DNA of 64,000 nt from a virus (IMGVR_UViG_3300008448_000009:55282-119281), one strand, 5' to 3'; shown: positions 49,579 through 59,370, numbered from the stretch's first letter. The notes: generated from the letters alone by a model not told the origin. Program-made: numbers and translations.

Positions 49579-50463
49579 TTATTTGACCATTACTAAAATT
49601 TCTTTTAGTGCTTTGTCGTTAGTTCTAGCACCTTGCTCTGTAAATAGATAATCACTATTTTCGTGACCTTTGGCAAAGTGGTTAGTATAGTGAGTAATAC
49701 CATTGAATAAACCAAATGCGGTTGCACCACTTTCTTTAAATTCCCACTCAATACATTCTTTCACTTTGTCGATAATAGCTATTGACTGCTTTCCTAAATC
49801 GGCATACTTGGTTAAATCGTAACCGAAAACCGATTGAATATATTTGTCAACTGCTTTTTGGTTGACTTTCACGCCATTTAAACGGATATACATTTCCTCT
49901 AATTTTTCAACTTGAGAAACGCACTTTGTAACATCGGCTAACATTCCCGCAATTTTGCCCTCGTTTCCGTTGGTATTACGAAACTTTGCTTTAAACTCGG
50001 TAAAAGTTTTTTTCATTCCGTTGGTGCAAATAAGTCTATACGTTTCCAAATACAAAGATGTAGCGGTATTTCCGTCATAACCTGTTTGCACGTTTAAAAT
50101 AACGTTGGTTGTATCTTCAACGCCACGCACGTTAGTAAAAGAAACTTTTGCAATAGGGATACTGAAACGAATTTTTTTGCCCTCTTTCATTTCAAAATAG
50201 TTAAGTTTGTCAATATCAAAACCGCTTTGTAAACTTGCATCACAAAACGCCTCGAAAATTGCTTTAGGTTGAGCCGAATTAAAATCTTTGCCCACAATAC
50301 CTAACTGATTTCCGCCCGTTTCTTTAAATAAACCGAAGCCATTTTCGATAGTAAATTTGTCGTCAACGCCCGTATATAACGGCATTTTCACCACGTTAAA
50401 TAATTGATTTTCAATCGTTTGCACCGCTTGGTGACTTTTTGCAATGTTTTCTAAAATGTTCAT
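49579..50463 (-). CDS. DUF932-like protein
   Basis: TGYDG..RLICTNGM..TAFGLFNGITHYTNH. Confidence 0.7.
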   Translation of the reverse strand: MNILENIAKSHQAVQTIENQLFNVVKMPLYTGVDDKFTIENGFGLFKETGGNQLGIVGKDFNSAQPKAIFEAFCDASLQSGFDIDKLNYFEMKEGKKIRFSIPIAKVSFTNVRGVEDTTNVILNVQTGYDGNTATSLYLETYRLICTNGMKKTFTEFKAKFRNTNGNEGKIAGMLADVTKCVSQVEKLEEMYIRLNGVKVNQKAVDKYIQSVFGYDLTKYADLGKQSIAIIDKVKECIEWEFKESGATAFGLFNGITHYTNHFAKGHENSDYLFTEQGARTNDKALKEILVMVK

Positions 50464-50640
50464 TTTTGTAAGAATTTTAGGTTAAAAATTAAATTTTGTT
50501 CACTTTGAACACTGCAAATGTACATAAGTTTATTTAATATCCTAACTTTTTATATAAATTTATTTGCAAAGTTATTAACATCGTATTGTTAATAACTTTT
50601 TATAGATAAATGTTTGGATATATGAAATTAATTTATTATA

Positions 50641-50780
50641 CTACACGCGCACCCACACATCACGCGCATACATACGCGCCCACGCGTTTACACACATACG
50701 CGCACTGGTGCATACGTTACGCGCACCCACACGCGCACTCGTTTTCACATACGTGCATACGTGGTACATATATCGCGCGG
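50641..50780. repeat. alternating purine-pyrimidine (ACGCGC/CACAC) tract
   Basis: Repeated ACGCGCA and CATAC units in a GC-rich non-coding island. Confidence 0.75.
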
Positions 50781-50795
50781 ACCAAACGTATAAGT

Positions 50796-51017
50796 TTATT
50801 TGATATTTGCTTGGTCATCAAGTTCAGCGACTTCAAATTGCACACGTGCCTCGTGGATGAATTGTTCATCGGTCATTGCCAATAAACTATCCTTAACTTC
50901 TTCGTTAAACCAAAATGATAGTTCGTTGGTTTCACTATTCATAAGGTTGTATAAACCTCGTGCCATTGACGTGCCTTGGTTGAGTGATATGGTTCCGACT
51001 TGTCTGATTACTTTCAT
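50796..51017 (-). CDS. small early protein
   Basis: Flanked by ATAAACTTAT at both ends. Confidence 0.6.
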   Translation of the reverse strand: MKVIRQVGTISLNQGTSMARGLYNLMNSETNELSFWFNEEVKDSLLAMTDEQFIHEARVQFEVAELDDQANIK

Positions 51018-51129
51018 ATAAGTTTATTTAGTTTGATATGCGCTCCCGCGGGGCGGGCTTGACACAAATGTGTACATGGGTTAAAGTAAATAAGCCTATC
51101 CATTACAGATAGGCTTATTCGGGTTGTGT

Positions 51130-51399
51130 TTAGTAGTTGTTTTGCTTTAACGTTACTCGATAATTGGAAACGATATATTGTTTGGGTTGTGGTTGTTTAA
51201 CTTCCACGCAACGATGTTTACGCCAATAGCGTTTGGTACTTCTGCAACTGCTACAACTTTCAAATAGAATAACTATAAGAAACAATACGATAGCTATTGC
51301 GTAAGGTCTAAAGATACCGCTAAAGATAGCCATTACTTTGTTGCCACACCATATAAGGAAAGCAACGATTAAAAACTTGTGCCATTTGATTTTTTTCAT
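51130..51399 (-). CDS. small membrane protein
   Basis: Two hydrophobic segments; ATG 51399. Confidence 0.5.
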   Translation of the reverse strand: MKKIKWHKFLIVAFLIWCGNKVMAIFSGIFRPYAIAIVLFLIVILFESCSSCRSTKRYWRKHRCVEVKQPQPKQYIVSNYRVTLKQNNY

Positions 51400-51441
51400 A
51401 TTGAATAAATTTAATTGTTTAATTGGGTTCAAAGATACAAA

Positions 51442-51645
51442 TTATTTTTTAATTTGTTCCTCATATTTTTTAACAATTTTTAATGCGTTATTGTATTCTC
51501 GTTTACCGATTAAAACAACTTTCTTTGCTATGGGTTTTTTAGCCACTTTTTTTGTGGGTTTAGCAACCTCAATAGCTTCTTTGATTTTGCTAATAACCTT
51601 AGCCGTTTTGGTATGTTTTTTCGTAGTTAACATTTTAACTGCCAT
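51442..51645 (-). CDS. small highly basic protein
   Basis: Lys-rich KKVAKKP; promoter 51670. Confidence 0.55.
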   Translation of the reverse strand: MAVKMLTTKKHTKTAKVISKIKEAIEVAKPTKKVAKKPIAKKVVLIGKREYNNALKIVKKYEEQIKK

Positions 51646-51687
51646 AATATCTAATTTTTAAATGTGATGCAAAGATAGTAATATAAT

Positions 51688-52044
51688 TTAATAACACAAA
51701 TTTTTGTGTCTTTTTAATTCAGCTTTCATAAGTCTTTTTTCTCGTATAAGTTTATCTGAAAACAATCCATTCAACACTTGTTGCAATTCTTTGTTTGGTA
51801 TGGTGCAACAATCAAAGTTTGGGTGAAAATGAATAAACTTATTTAGTTGTTCCCAATAGAAACCAAACTCCAACGTCGGTTCACCGCTTTCAATCGTTTC
51901 TGCCGTACCTTTGTCAAACGCTTGGATATATTCCATTAGCTTGGGGATATCTTTGCTTAAATCGATTAATTGTATCGGGTTGCCATGTAACATTTGATAT
52001 ATTTCGGGCAATAAGTGTGGATAGTTTTCGGTATAATAACCCAT
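51688..52044 (-). CDS. hypothetical early protein
   Basis: Motif directly before ATG. Confidence 0.6.
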   Translation of the reverse strand: MGYYTENYPHLLPEIYQMLHGNPIQLIDLSKDIPKLMEYIQAFDKGTAETIESGEPTLEFGFYWEQLNKFIHFHPNFDCCTIPNKELQQVLNGLFSDKLIREKRLMKAELKRHKNLCY

Positions 52045-52122
52045 ATAAGTTTATTTGTTTGGTTTAATGATTTTATCAACCATTGCACCGATTAGTCCTT
52101 GAATGTTTGATTTCATATAAGT

Positions 52123-52263
52123 TTATTCGTTATCTTCTATTAAACAATCTTCACAAGCGTTGCAAGAATAACAATAACTGCAACCGCAACCATTTTCTGT
52201 GTTGCCACAATCACAACAATTAAACATATCATTGCAAGGTCTGTTTGTTCCGTTGGTACACAT
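52123..52263 (-). CDS. 46-aa Cys-rich (metallothionein-like) protein, not in ORF track
   Basis: MCTNGTNRPCNDMFNCCDCGNTENGCGCSYCYSCNACEDCLIEDNE, 11 Cys. Confidence 0.6.
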   Translation of the reverse strand: MCTNGTNRPCNDMFNCCDCGNTENGCGCSYCYSCNACEDCLIEDNE

Positions 52264-52278
52264 AGTAAATAAGTTTAT

Positions 52279-52479
52279 TTAGTTTAAATTCATTTCGTAT
52301 TTGTATAGCACTTCTGCCATTTGTTCGGGCGTTTGTTTGTGTTGTGCAAAGGTTATCCAACTTCTATGAATGTTGATTAATTGTTTACAACGTTCATCAA
52401 TCATATTAGCTTTATCGTATTTGGTATCTTTTAGCTTTTTAGCCAAACATAGTCTGATTTCTTTTTCAACGTTTTCCAT
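52279..52479 (-). CDS. hypothetical early protein
   Basis: 66 aa between motifs. Confidence 0.55.
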   Translation of the reverse strand: MENVEKEIRLCLAKKLKDTKYDKANMIDERCKQLINIHRSWITFAQHKQTPEQMAEVLYKYEMNLN

Positions 52480-52491
52480 AACTAAATAAGT

Positions 52492-52785
52492 TTATTTGGT
52501 TGTTACAAATTTTGAAAAGTCAAGCCAAAATGCTTGGTACATTTGTCCGTTGTTATCTTGAAAAATAACTCTTGGACTGCCACCATAGTTAACCATTAAC
52601 AAAGTAGTTAATTCAGTCCCTATTGGTTGTATTACTTCGGTTGTATTGGTTGTTATATCTAAATCAGCAACCTTGCTAACTGCATACGTTTTAAATTCGG
52701 TAATAGTTGAGCCAACAAAGTTATATGAATTTTGGATAACTTCAACCAATAAGTTGGGCGCAAAAGTTTTTTTAGTTAGTTTCAT
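52492..52785 (-). CDS. hypothetical early protein
   Basis: 97 aa between motifs. Confidence 0.55.
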   Translation of the reverse strand: MKLTKKTFAPNLLVEVIQNSYNFVGSTITEFKTYAVSKVADLDITTNTTEVIQPIGTELTTLLMVNYGGSPRVIFQDNNGQMYQAFWLDFSKFVTTK

Positions 52786-52919
52786 ATAAGTTTATTTAGT
52801 TTACACAAATTGTTGTAAAATCGTTATACGTTTTCAACGTAATTTGTACGAAAGGTTTTTGTTTCAATTCGATTTCAACTTTTTTGTTGTTCTGTTTAAG
52901 ACTGATAAAGTAAGCCATT

Positions 52920-52995
52920 GTGATAAGTTTAATTGGTTTAACGATGCAAAGATATACAAATAAAATAACCTACCAAACAAATGATAGGTTATTTT
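52920..52995 (-). promoter_or_regulatory. repeated early promoter cassette (TTTG -33, TAnnTTTG -7) overlapped by a stem-loop
   Basis: Near-identical copies at about 54930, 57670, 59305; related ones at about 53290, 53780, 55925, 56750, 60140, 61935, 63115. Confidence 0.75.
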
Positions 52996-53030
52996 CTCAA
53001 AAAATTCACTTATACGAAAAGCAAATAAGT

Positions 53031-53288
53031 TTATCTACTACGTTTGTGTCGTTGGTCAAACTTGTAAAGTAGTTCGATGTAAATATGTTCTCTAATACAA
53101 CCAAAATAGTAGTATTTTATTTCGTGCATTATCTTAACACTAACTGCACAAATATTCAACCCTACGGGCGAAATATGTTGAAAATTGCCTTGACCTTTCA
53201 AAGTCAGTTGCATTTTGTTGTTAATGTTGGCTTGACAAAAGTCAGCAAGTTGTTGCTCTGATGCGTTAAATAATTGTTCGTGTAACAT
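53031..53288 (-). CDS. hypothetical early protein
   Basis: Own promoter at 53320. Confidence 0.55.
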   Translation of the reverse strand: MLHEQLFNASEQQLADFCQANINNKMQLTLKGQGNFQHISPVGLNICAVSVKIMHEIKYYYFGCIREHIYIELLYKFDQRHKRSR

Positions 53289-53377
53289 TGTGATAAAGAT
53301 TAATTGGTTAATTCTTCTGCAAAGATAAACAAATAATCTTATCCACCAAACATTTTTTCAATTATTTTCAAATAAAC

Positions 53378-53776
53378 TTATTCAAGACTTTCAGCACGTT
53401 CCACAAGTTCCTCATAAGTAAATAAGTTTAGACGTTCTATCCTTTCTTTTAACCTATCTACGTTATTGGGTGTTACTGCAATAGTATCGTGAATACTTTG
53501 CAAGTGTTTCCATTCTTCGTTTGTCAGTATTCCAACAACTTCGGGTTTAAATATTCCCTCTTGTTGTTCTTCGTTTTCAGACAATACATCAATAATATCT
53601 TTGTATATTCCAAACTTTGGTTCAATCATATTCTTTCCAGCTACACACATTTTTTTATCTTTCGTAAGATACTCACAAGTTTGATTATCTTTGTTAAAAC
53701 CACAAGTGCTTGGGTCTTTCAAATAAGGTGCTATTTGTGAGAGTGCAAACTCTTTTATTTCTTCGGGTGTTTTCAT
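53378..53776 (-). CDS. hypothetical early protein
   Basis: CEY..KMCVAG..LQSIHD; promoter 53806. Confidence 0.6.
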   Translation of the reverse strand: MKTPEEIKEFALSQIAPYLKDPSTCGFNKDNQTCEYLTKDKKMCVAGKNMIEPKFGIYKDIIDVLSENEEQQEGIFKPEVVGILTNEEWKHLQSIHDTIAVTPNNVDRLKERIERLNLFTYEELVERAESLE

Positions 53777-53873
53777 TTTGATATAAGTTTAATTGATTAT
53801 TGAGTGCAAAGATACAACAATATTTGATATATGCAAATTTATTTCGCGCGTAGACGCAATTGTGTACATAAGG

Positions 53874-54119
53874 TTATGTGATTTTGATATAGTCGCCTTT
53901 GGCTAACCATATTTCCATTTCGCCATAAGTTAAGATACTATCCACTTTGCAAGTCATAACCAAATATTGTTTATATTGTGGGTCTTTGTTTGTTTTAAGG
54001 CTCTTGCGTTCAACAATAAAGTTCAGACTTTCAACAACTTGTTGGTATTGATACAACGCTGATTTGCCTTTAAGTTTGGCAACCAACACACCCTCTTTGG
54101 TTCTAAATTCTAATTCCAT
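53874..54119 (-). CDS. hypothetical early protein
   Basis: Motif directly before ATG. Confidence 0.55.
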   Translation of the reverse strand: MELEFRTKEGVLVAKLKGKSALYQYQQVVESLNFIVERKSLKTNKDPQYKQYLVMTCKVDSILTYGEMEIWLAKGDYIKIT

Positions 54120-54125
54120 ATAAGT

Positions 54126-54347
54126 TTATTTGGTTCTCATTTTTACATAGTTTCTAACTCTGTCAGCTATTTCTTCTGATACATCGCCATTCCCAATATT
54201 CGACCTTACTTCGTTGGTTTCACGATTATAAGTGAAACTATAATTAAACCCCGAAAGATTTTTGTCGGGTTGATACGATGCTGAAAGATGCACGATAGGG
54301 TTGTTCTCAAACCTATTGGGTGTAAATGTATATTTGCTCATTACCAT
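54126..54347 (-). CDS. hypothetical early protein
   Basis: Between motifs. Confidence 0.55.
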   Translation of the reverse strand: MVMSKYTFTPNRFENNPIVHLSASYQPDKNLSGFNYSFTYNRETNEVRSNIGNGDVSEEIADRVRNYVKMRTK

Positions 54348-54362
54348 AGTGAATAAGTTTAT

Positions 54363-54659
54363 TTAGTCTACAATACCATTACCATAATACAAGTTGAAAT
54401 GTTTGCCTTTGAAGTCGTCAGACTTCAACCATTCTCTATAACGTTCAGTAACGTTTTTGTCGGCAAATTCGTAATAGTGTCCGTTGCAATAACGCAACTG
54501 ATTATTCTTTTTGTAAAACTCCTCAAATAAACTTATTTCGTTTTCAGCGTGTAGGGTTTCACTATGTTTGTATTCGGGTTTAGTATCTTGGTATCTAAAA
54601 CCACTTTCAGTAACAACTGATTTGTTTGCGGGTGCAAAGTAATTTAATGTAACTTCCAT
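54363..54659 (-). CDS. hypothetical early protein
   Basis: Between motifs. Confidence 0.6.
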   Translation of the reverse strand: MEVTLNYFAPANKSVVTESGFRYQDTKPEYKHSETLHAENEISLFEEFYKKNNQLRYCNGHYYEFADKNVTERYREWLKSDDFKGKHFNLYYGNGIVD

Positions 54660-54671
54660 TTTGATATAAGT

Positions 54672-54929
54672 TTATTTGGTATTTCTGCTTAATACAAATT
54701 TTTCAATAAAATCCCCATTATCCCATTTGGTTTGTAGTATTGAAAATTCGCCTTTGTTCAATGAATTTAAGTACTCGGTACGTGAGGTTTTAACCCCATT
54801 AAGTTTTCCCGAATAACCAATTTGGTTAAACTCTTTTCGTTGTTGTTCAGATAAAAAATGTAGTGGGTGTCCGAAAATTTCCCTAACTTCGCCCATTGAA
54901 GTTTCAAATTGATAGGTTTCAAGTGCCAT
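54672..54929 (-). CDS. hypothetical early protein
   Basis: Promoter cassette upstream. Confidence 0.55.
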   Translation of the reverse strand: MALETYQFETSMGEVREIFGHPLHFLSEQQRKEFNQIGYSGKLNGVKTSRTEYLNSLNKGEFSILQTKWDNGDFIEKFVLSRNTK

Positions 54930-54991
54930 TTTGATATAAGTTTAATTGGTTTCCGTTGCAAATGTATAACAAATAAATTTAACTACCAAAA

Positions 54992-55309
54992 TTATGAGTA
55001 ATAAATTTTAAAATCTTTTGGGTTGTCAATTGACAACTGCATTAACTCTTTTACACGCTCTTGGGTTAAAGTGCTACCAAATTTTAAGTCGCTCCAAAGT
55101 TGGTTAATAGTAAACGAAAACTCCTTTTTATATTTGATATTTTCTAACCAAACACACTTAATTCCACGTTGTCGATTAAACCCTAATTCATTTTGAATTG
55201 TGTGTAGGTCTTGGTTCAACGTATGGTTATCAATTTCGCCACTTAAATATTGTCTAAACTTATCCAATACAAATTTTCGATACTTGATATAGTTTCTATC
55301 TTCTTTCAT
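54992..55309 (-). CDS. hypothetical early protein
   Basis: Motif directly before ATG. Confidence 0.55.
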   Translation of the reverse strand: MKEDRNYIKYRKFVLDKFRQYLSGEIDNHTLNQDLHTIQNELGFNRQRGIKCVWLENIKYKKEFSFTINQLWSDLKFGSTLTQERVKELMQLSIDNPKDFKIYYS

Positions 55310-55319
55310 ATAAGTTTAT

Positions 55320-55922
55320 TTAGTTTGCAAGGCTTGGGTAGTCCATTGGCAACGTTATACGAAACAACACTCTAAAAACATCTTTATCGACTGGCAAACT
55401 CTCGTGTATGAATTGACTATTACCATAATACACTTGGTTAGCATCTAACATAAAGCCTTCATCTAAGTTTATGTGAGAACAATCGCCACCCTCTTTGGCA
55501 TCTGCATCAAAGTTCCCAATCCAACCTTTACAAGCTGAATAGTTAGAAGCTATCAACATTCCACCATTGGGATTTGCATAAGACAATGCGTGTTCTTGGC
55601 TATTGAGTTTAACACCATTTTCACCAACTTTCCAACCATTACCGCCACTATTTCCCCAACTTGATACACTTGGTAAAAAGTTTCCGTCAATGTGTGGTGC
55701 GCCACGTCTTAAGGTCTTGTCTTTCTTGACAAACTTGCCGTGAACAGTTAGATAAGCCGTTCCAATTCGGTTAGGTAGATTTTTAACCATTTGCTCAACT
55801 GCATCGATAAACTCGTTAGGTAGCGTTGATAAATCCGATAGGTCAAAAGGTAGCATTGATACTTCGCCTTTGTGATAAGGTAGTTCAATAGCGTTCAATG
55901 GTTTTGCATAACTTGTTAACAT
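55320..55922 (-). CDS. 2OG-Fe(II) dioxygenase-like protein
   Basis: PHIDG (HxD)...IHESLP...RVLFRI. Confidence 0.6.
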   Translation of the reverse strand: MLTSYAKPLNAIELPYHKGEVSMLPFDLSDLSTLPNEFIDAVEQMVKNLPNRIGTAYLTVHGKFVKKDKTLRRGAPHIDGNFLPSVSSWGNSGGNGWKVGENGVKLNSQEHALSYANPNGGMLIASNYSACKGWIGNFDADAKEGGDCSHINLDEGFMLDANQVYYGNSQFIHESLPVDKDVFRVLFRITLPMDYPSLAN

Positions 55923-56121
55923 AATAAATAAGTTTAATTGGTTTCTAGGACAAAGATAAAAAGAATAAATTTAACTACCAAACATTTTAACAAAAAAAAA
56001 GCGTGGGTTTATCAAGTCCACGCTTTCCAACATTAATGTTTAACCAATTATCACTTACAAAATGTGATTTCTTTAAGGTTGCAAAGGTACAACATTTATT
56101 CTATATATAACAAAAAAGTTA

Positions 56122-56349
56122 TTAACATTTTTCTAACATCGCTTTTAGTTCCTCGTAACTAAGTTTATTTGTTATATCGTCATTGGTACATATCGCCCAA
56201 ATGCTACCATTGAAAACCAACGGCATATATTCGTTCGTTGTACTTGCCAAACAAAAATAACCTTTAGCTTTGATAAGGTTAACTATTTCAGTACGTTGTT
56301 CATTGGTACAAAAAATACCATTCGGTAAACCATCGCCTTTATTAAACAT
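56122..56349 (-). CDS. hypothetical early protein
   Basis: Motif directly before ATG. Confidence 0.55.
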   Translation of the reverse strand: MFNKGDGLPNGIFCTNEQRTEIVNLIKAKGYFCLASTTNEYMPLVFNGSIWAICTNDDITNKLSYEELKAMLEKC

Positions 56350-56355
56350 ATAAGT

Positions 56356-56532
56356 TTATTTGATTGGGTTATCTCTACGCCACTTTCTAATTGCATCGGT
56401 CATTGAATAAAAGAAAAATCTTACTCCTTGAATTTCAACAACGCCACTACGAAACTTATAAGCCGTAACGCCATTCCTAACTTTTTTCTCTGCTACGATT
56501 GGTGTAGCATCTAAATACATTGGATAACTCAT
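56356..56532 (-). CDS. 58-aa hypothetical protein (not in ORF track)
   Basis: MSYPMYLDATP...; stop inside motif. Confidence 0.5.
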   Translation of the reverse strand: MSYPMYLDATPIVAEKKVRNGVTAYKFRSGVVEIQGVRFFFYSMTDAIRKWRRDNPIK

Positions 56533-56747
56533 AACCTTTTTGCCGTTCTTGTTACCTCAACAATTCTACAATAATTTTCAATTTCATCAAGTGGTATTCT
56601 ACCATACTTAACGCTTGAATAATACCCTTGAAATTCGTAACGCTTAACCCACTCTTTTAGTTTTTGTTCTGCAACTTCGGGACTTGGATAAGTTTCTTCT
56701 CTATCAATAGCAAAGCCATCGGGACTAAAAACTTCAAATTGTGCCAT
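56529..56747 (-). CDS. hypothetical early protein
   Basis: SPDGF..RYEFQGYYSS; promoter 56777. Confidence 0.6.
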   Translation of the reverse strand: MAQFEVFSPDGFAIDREETYPSPEVAEQKLKEWVKRYEFQGYYSSVKYGRIPLDEIENYCRIVEVTRTAKRL

Positions 56748-56838
56748 AAGAATATAAGTTTAATTGGTTAGTGGTGCAAATGTAAAAAGAAAAATCCACA
56801 CTACCAAAAATAATGTGGATTTTTTTTTTCATATAAGT

Positions 56839-57279
56839 TTATTCAGTTATTTCTTTAAAGACAAACCTTTGTGGTGGTGTATCTTCATCTAAATAAACCG
56901 CTTCCAAATAAACTTGTTCGTAAGTCAATCCATTATAACACTTTTCTTGTGTGTTTAAATGAATAGATGCAAACAAACTATCAGTAGCTTCTTTAACACT
57001 CATCATATGTTTAAAGTTCTTGTCAATGGTCTGCAACTGCCCATAAGGGTTTTCGCCATTGTAACGTTTTCCAGCTTCGATGTCTTGGGTATGGTTGCAA
57101 AAAGTTGATGCGTGATAACCTATTACACTATCATCTGCAACACGTTTGTACGCTACAACGTATTGAAATGGTTTTTGTTGGTTTTCTTCAAAGTTTTTAC
57201 CCATTGCTTCCATTAACGCACCAACAACTTTTTTGGTTTCTTCGGGTGTTGGTCTTTGGTTTTCTTGTTCTGTATTCAT
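56839..57279 (-). CDS. hypothetical early protein
   Basis: 146 aa between motifs. Confidence 0.6.
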   Translation of the reverse strand: MNTEQENQRPTPEETKKVVGALMEAMGKNFEENQQKPFQYVVAYKRVADDSVIGYHASTFCNHTQDIEAGKRYNGENPYGQLQTIDKNFKHMMSVKEATDSLFASIHLNTQEKCYNGLTYEQVYLEAVYLDEDTPPQRFVFKEITE

Positions 57280-57290
57280 AACGTATAAGT

Positions 57291-57668
57291 TTATTTAATT
57301 AAATGTATTAATGTATCTATTCCACTTGCAACAACAACTCCGTTTACTTTGAATGTAATGTAACCCACTACAACCACGTTAGGCGCACCATAATTGTTTG
57401 AATTGTCTATGGTATAACCATAACCGATTGCGGTTATTGAATCGCCTTTATTTACGTCTAAACTTATATACGATTGTCGTATGTAAGTAGTCGTGTTTTC
57501 TTTGGCATTGTAATACCAAAATTCGGGTGAATTGCCCTCGATAAAAACTTCAAGTCTTTTGGTTTCTTCTACGATAGTAGTTTCTTCTTTGGTGCAAGAA
57601 CTTAATAACCCGATAAGTAATAATAAACAAACTAATACGATTGCTTTGATAACTAATAATTTTTTCAT
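57291..57668 (-). CDS. putative lipoprotein
   Basis: Hydrophobic leader ending LLSSC followed by TKEE. Confidence 0.65.
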   Translation of the reverse strand: MKKLLVIKAIVLVCLLLLIGLLSSCTKEETTIVEETKRLEVFIEGNSPEFWYYNAKENTTTYIRQSYISLDVNKGDSITAIGYGYTIDNSNNYGAPNVVVVGYITFKVNGVVVASGIDTLIHLIK

Positions 57669-58005
57669 TTTGATATAAGTTTAATTGGTTTAACGATGCA
57701 AAGATATAAACAAATTTATTAACTACCAAATATTTTAATAAAAAAAAAAGAGAGTGGATGCACACACTCTCTTTTTGGCTAGCTATTGTTTACCACAATT
57801 ATGTGGTCTCAGTCTTATGTTAATTGATAGAGTATGAATAATAGGTCGAGTTGACCACCTAAAGGTTTCTCTACTTAACAACTATTGAATAAACTTATTC
57901 AAGTTGCATTAACAAGTCCTACATTGCCGACAAGCAAGGAGTCTATATGCAAACCTTTAGGGCGAAAAACACAACATGATATATTTTGATTGAAAACGAA
58001 TAAGT

Positions 58006-58524
58006 TTATTCATCATCGCTTTGATTGTTATAGTAATTTACAGACTTCACTTCTTTACGCAAAAATGGTTTTAAATCTTTAATGATTTTAATTTTTGCTT
58101 GGGTTGGAAATTTATGCACCAACAATTTTTCAAGCACCTCTAAAATAGGTGTGTTGGTTGTTGTATCATCAAATTTGAAACGTGCATCAATGCTCCAATC
58201 TTTTGGTACACTGCCGTGATTACGTTCACTAAGTTTGGCTCGTTTTAAACCACGTTCAATACGAATGATAGGTGTTTGATACACATCAACTTCATCATCG
58301 TACCAATCGATTTCATCAAAACCAACACGCATTGATAATAGTTTTTTGGTTTTGATGGATTTCCAAAACTGCTCAACTTCGTTTCTAAGTTTATCTGAAT
58401 TTGCATATAGTTGTGATTTTCTACTACTATAAGCATAATCGCTACTTACTTCAACACTAATAGTGTTATCGCTATTTCTGCCTAAGTTTATTTGTAGACA
58501 ATCTTTAGTGAAATTTGAATTCAT
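58006..58524 (-). CDS. hypothetical early protein
   Basis: 172 aa; promoter 58554. Confidence 0.6.
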   Translation of the reverse strand: MNSNFTKDCLQINLGRNSDNTISVEVSSDYAYSSRKSQLYANSDKLRNEVEQFWKSIKTKKLLSMRVGFDEIDWYDDEVDVYQTPIIRIERGLKRAKLSERNHGSVPKDWSIDARFKFDDTTTNTPILEVLEKLLVHKFPTQAKIKIIKDLKPFLRKEVKSVNYYNNQSDDE

Positions 58525-58572
58525 AATATTATTGTATTAATTGTTTCCGAGTGCAAAGATATACAAAGATTT

Positions 58573-58779
58573 TTAATATGCAAACTTTTTAAAGAAAAAA
58601 TTTTCTTGTGGTTCTACTATTGGACTTTCAGTACGTTCAACGTGGTTAGTTAATCGTTTCCACTTGTTTAAAAAATAATTACCCAACGCTACATCTTCTT
58701 CTTTTAGCGTTTCTTTGGCAAAGATTTCTTTCACTCTGCTTTCGCACATTTTAGCTTCTAATTCTTTTGAAATTTCCAT
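58573..58779 (-). CDS. hypothetical early protein
   Basis: Promoter 58809. Confidence 0.55.
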   Translation of the reverse strand: MEISKELEAKMCESRVKEIFAKETLKEEDVALGNYFLNKWKRLTNHVERTESPIVEPQENFFFKKFAY

Positions 58780-58913
58780 AATGGTTAAGTTTATTTGGGT
58801 TTATGGTGCAAATGTAAAACAAATAAATTAAACTACCAAACATTTTAACAAAAAAAAAAATAAGGTACTAACTCGTCAGTCAGTACCCTATCATTGAAAG
58901 CATATAAACTTAT

Positions 58914-59303
58914 TTAAAATTCACGTTGCTCTAACTCTATTGTTATCTCATCTAATTCCAATCTGAAAAAGTCAGTTAGGATATATGGAATAAGTTTAGT
59001 TAGATACTCTTTGTAAACTTCATAATTCTGTACTTTGCTTTTTACAAAATAGTAGCTCGTTTCGTAGTTGCCACTAAAATAGCTATGGTTAGTTTCTTCG
59101 TGTAATTTATAACCTTGAATAAGGTTATTTACTTTTACTCGATAATTACCAAACGAAATACTGGTGCTTATTCTTGTTTTGGTGTTGTGGTGGAAAGAAA
59201 CTCTTAACTTCTTGGTTTCTTTTAGCAACGATAAGTCAGGGTCTGCAAACATTGTGAAACTGCTCATCATTGGTGTTGGTACTTCTACTAAATTAACATT
59301 CAT
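58914..59303 (-). CDS. hypothetical early protein
   Basis: ATG 59303 after promoter cassette. Confidence 0.6.
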   Translation of the reverse strand: MNVNLVEVPTPMMSSFTMFADPDLSLLKETKKLRVSFHHNTKTRISTSISFGNYRVKVNNLIQGYKLHEETNHSYFSGNYETSYYFVKSKVQNYEVYKEYLTKLIPYILTDFFRLELDEITIELEQREF

Positions 59304-59370
59304 TTGATATAAGTTTAATTGGTTTAACGATGCAAAGATAATCAAATAAATTTAACTACCAAACTTTTTT

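Noticed and set aside
49278-50885. ORFs 49278..49517 and 50610..50885
   Set aside because: Translations simply mirror simple repeats (RVRV, HAHT)
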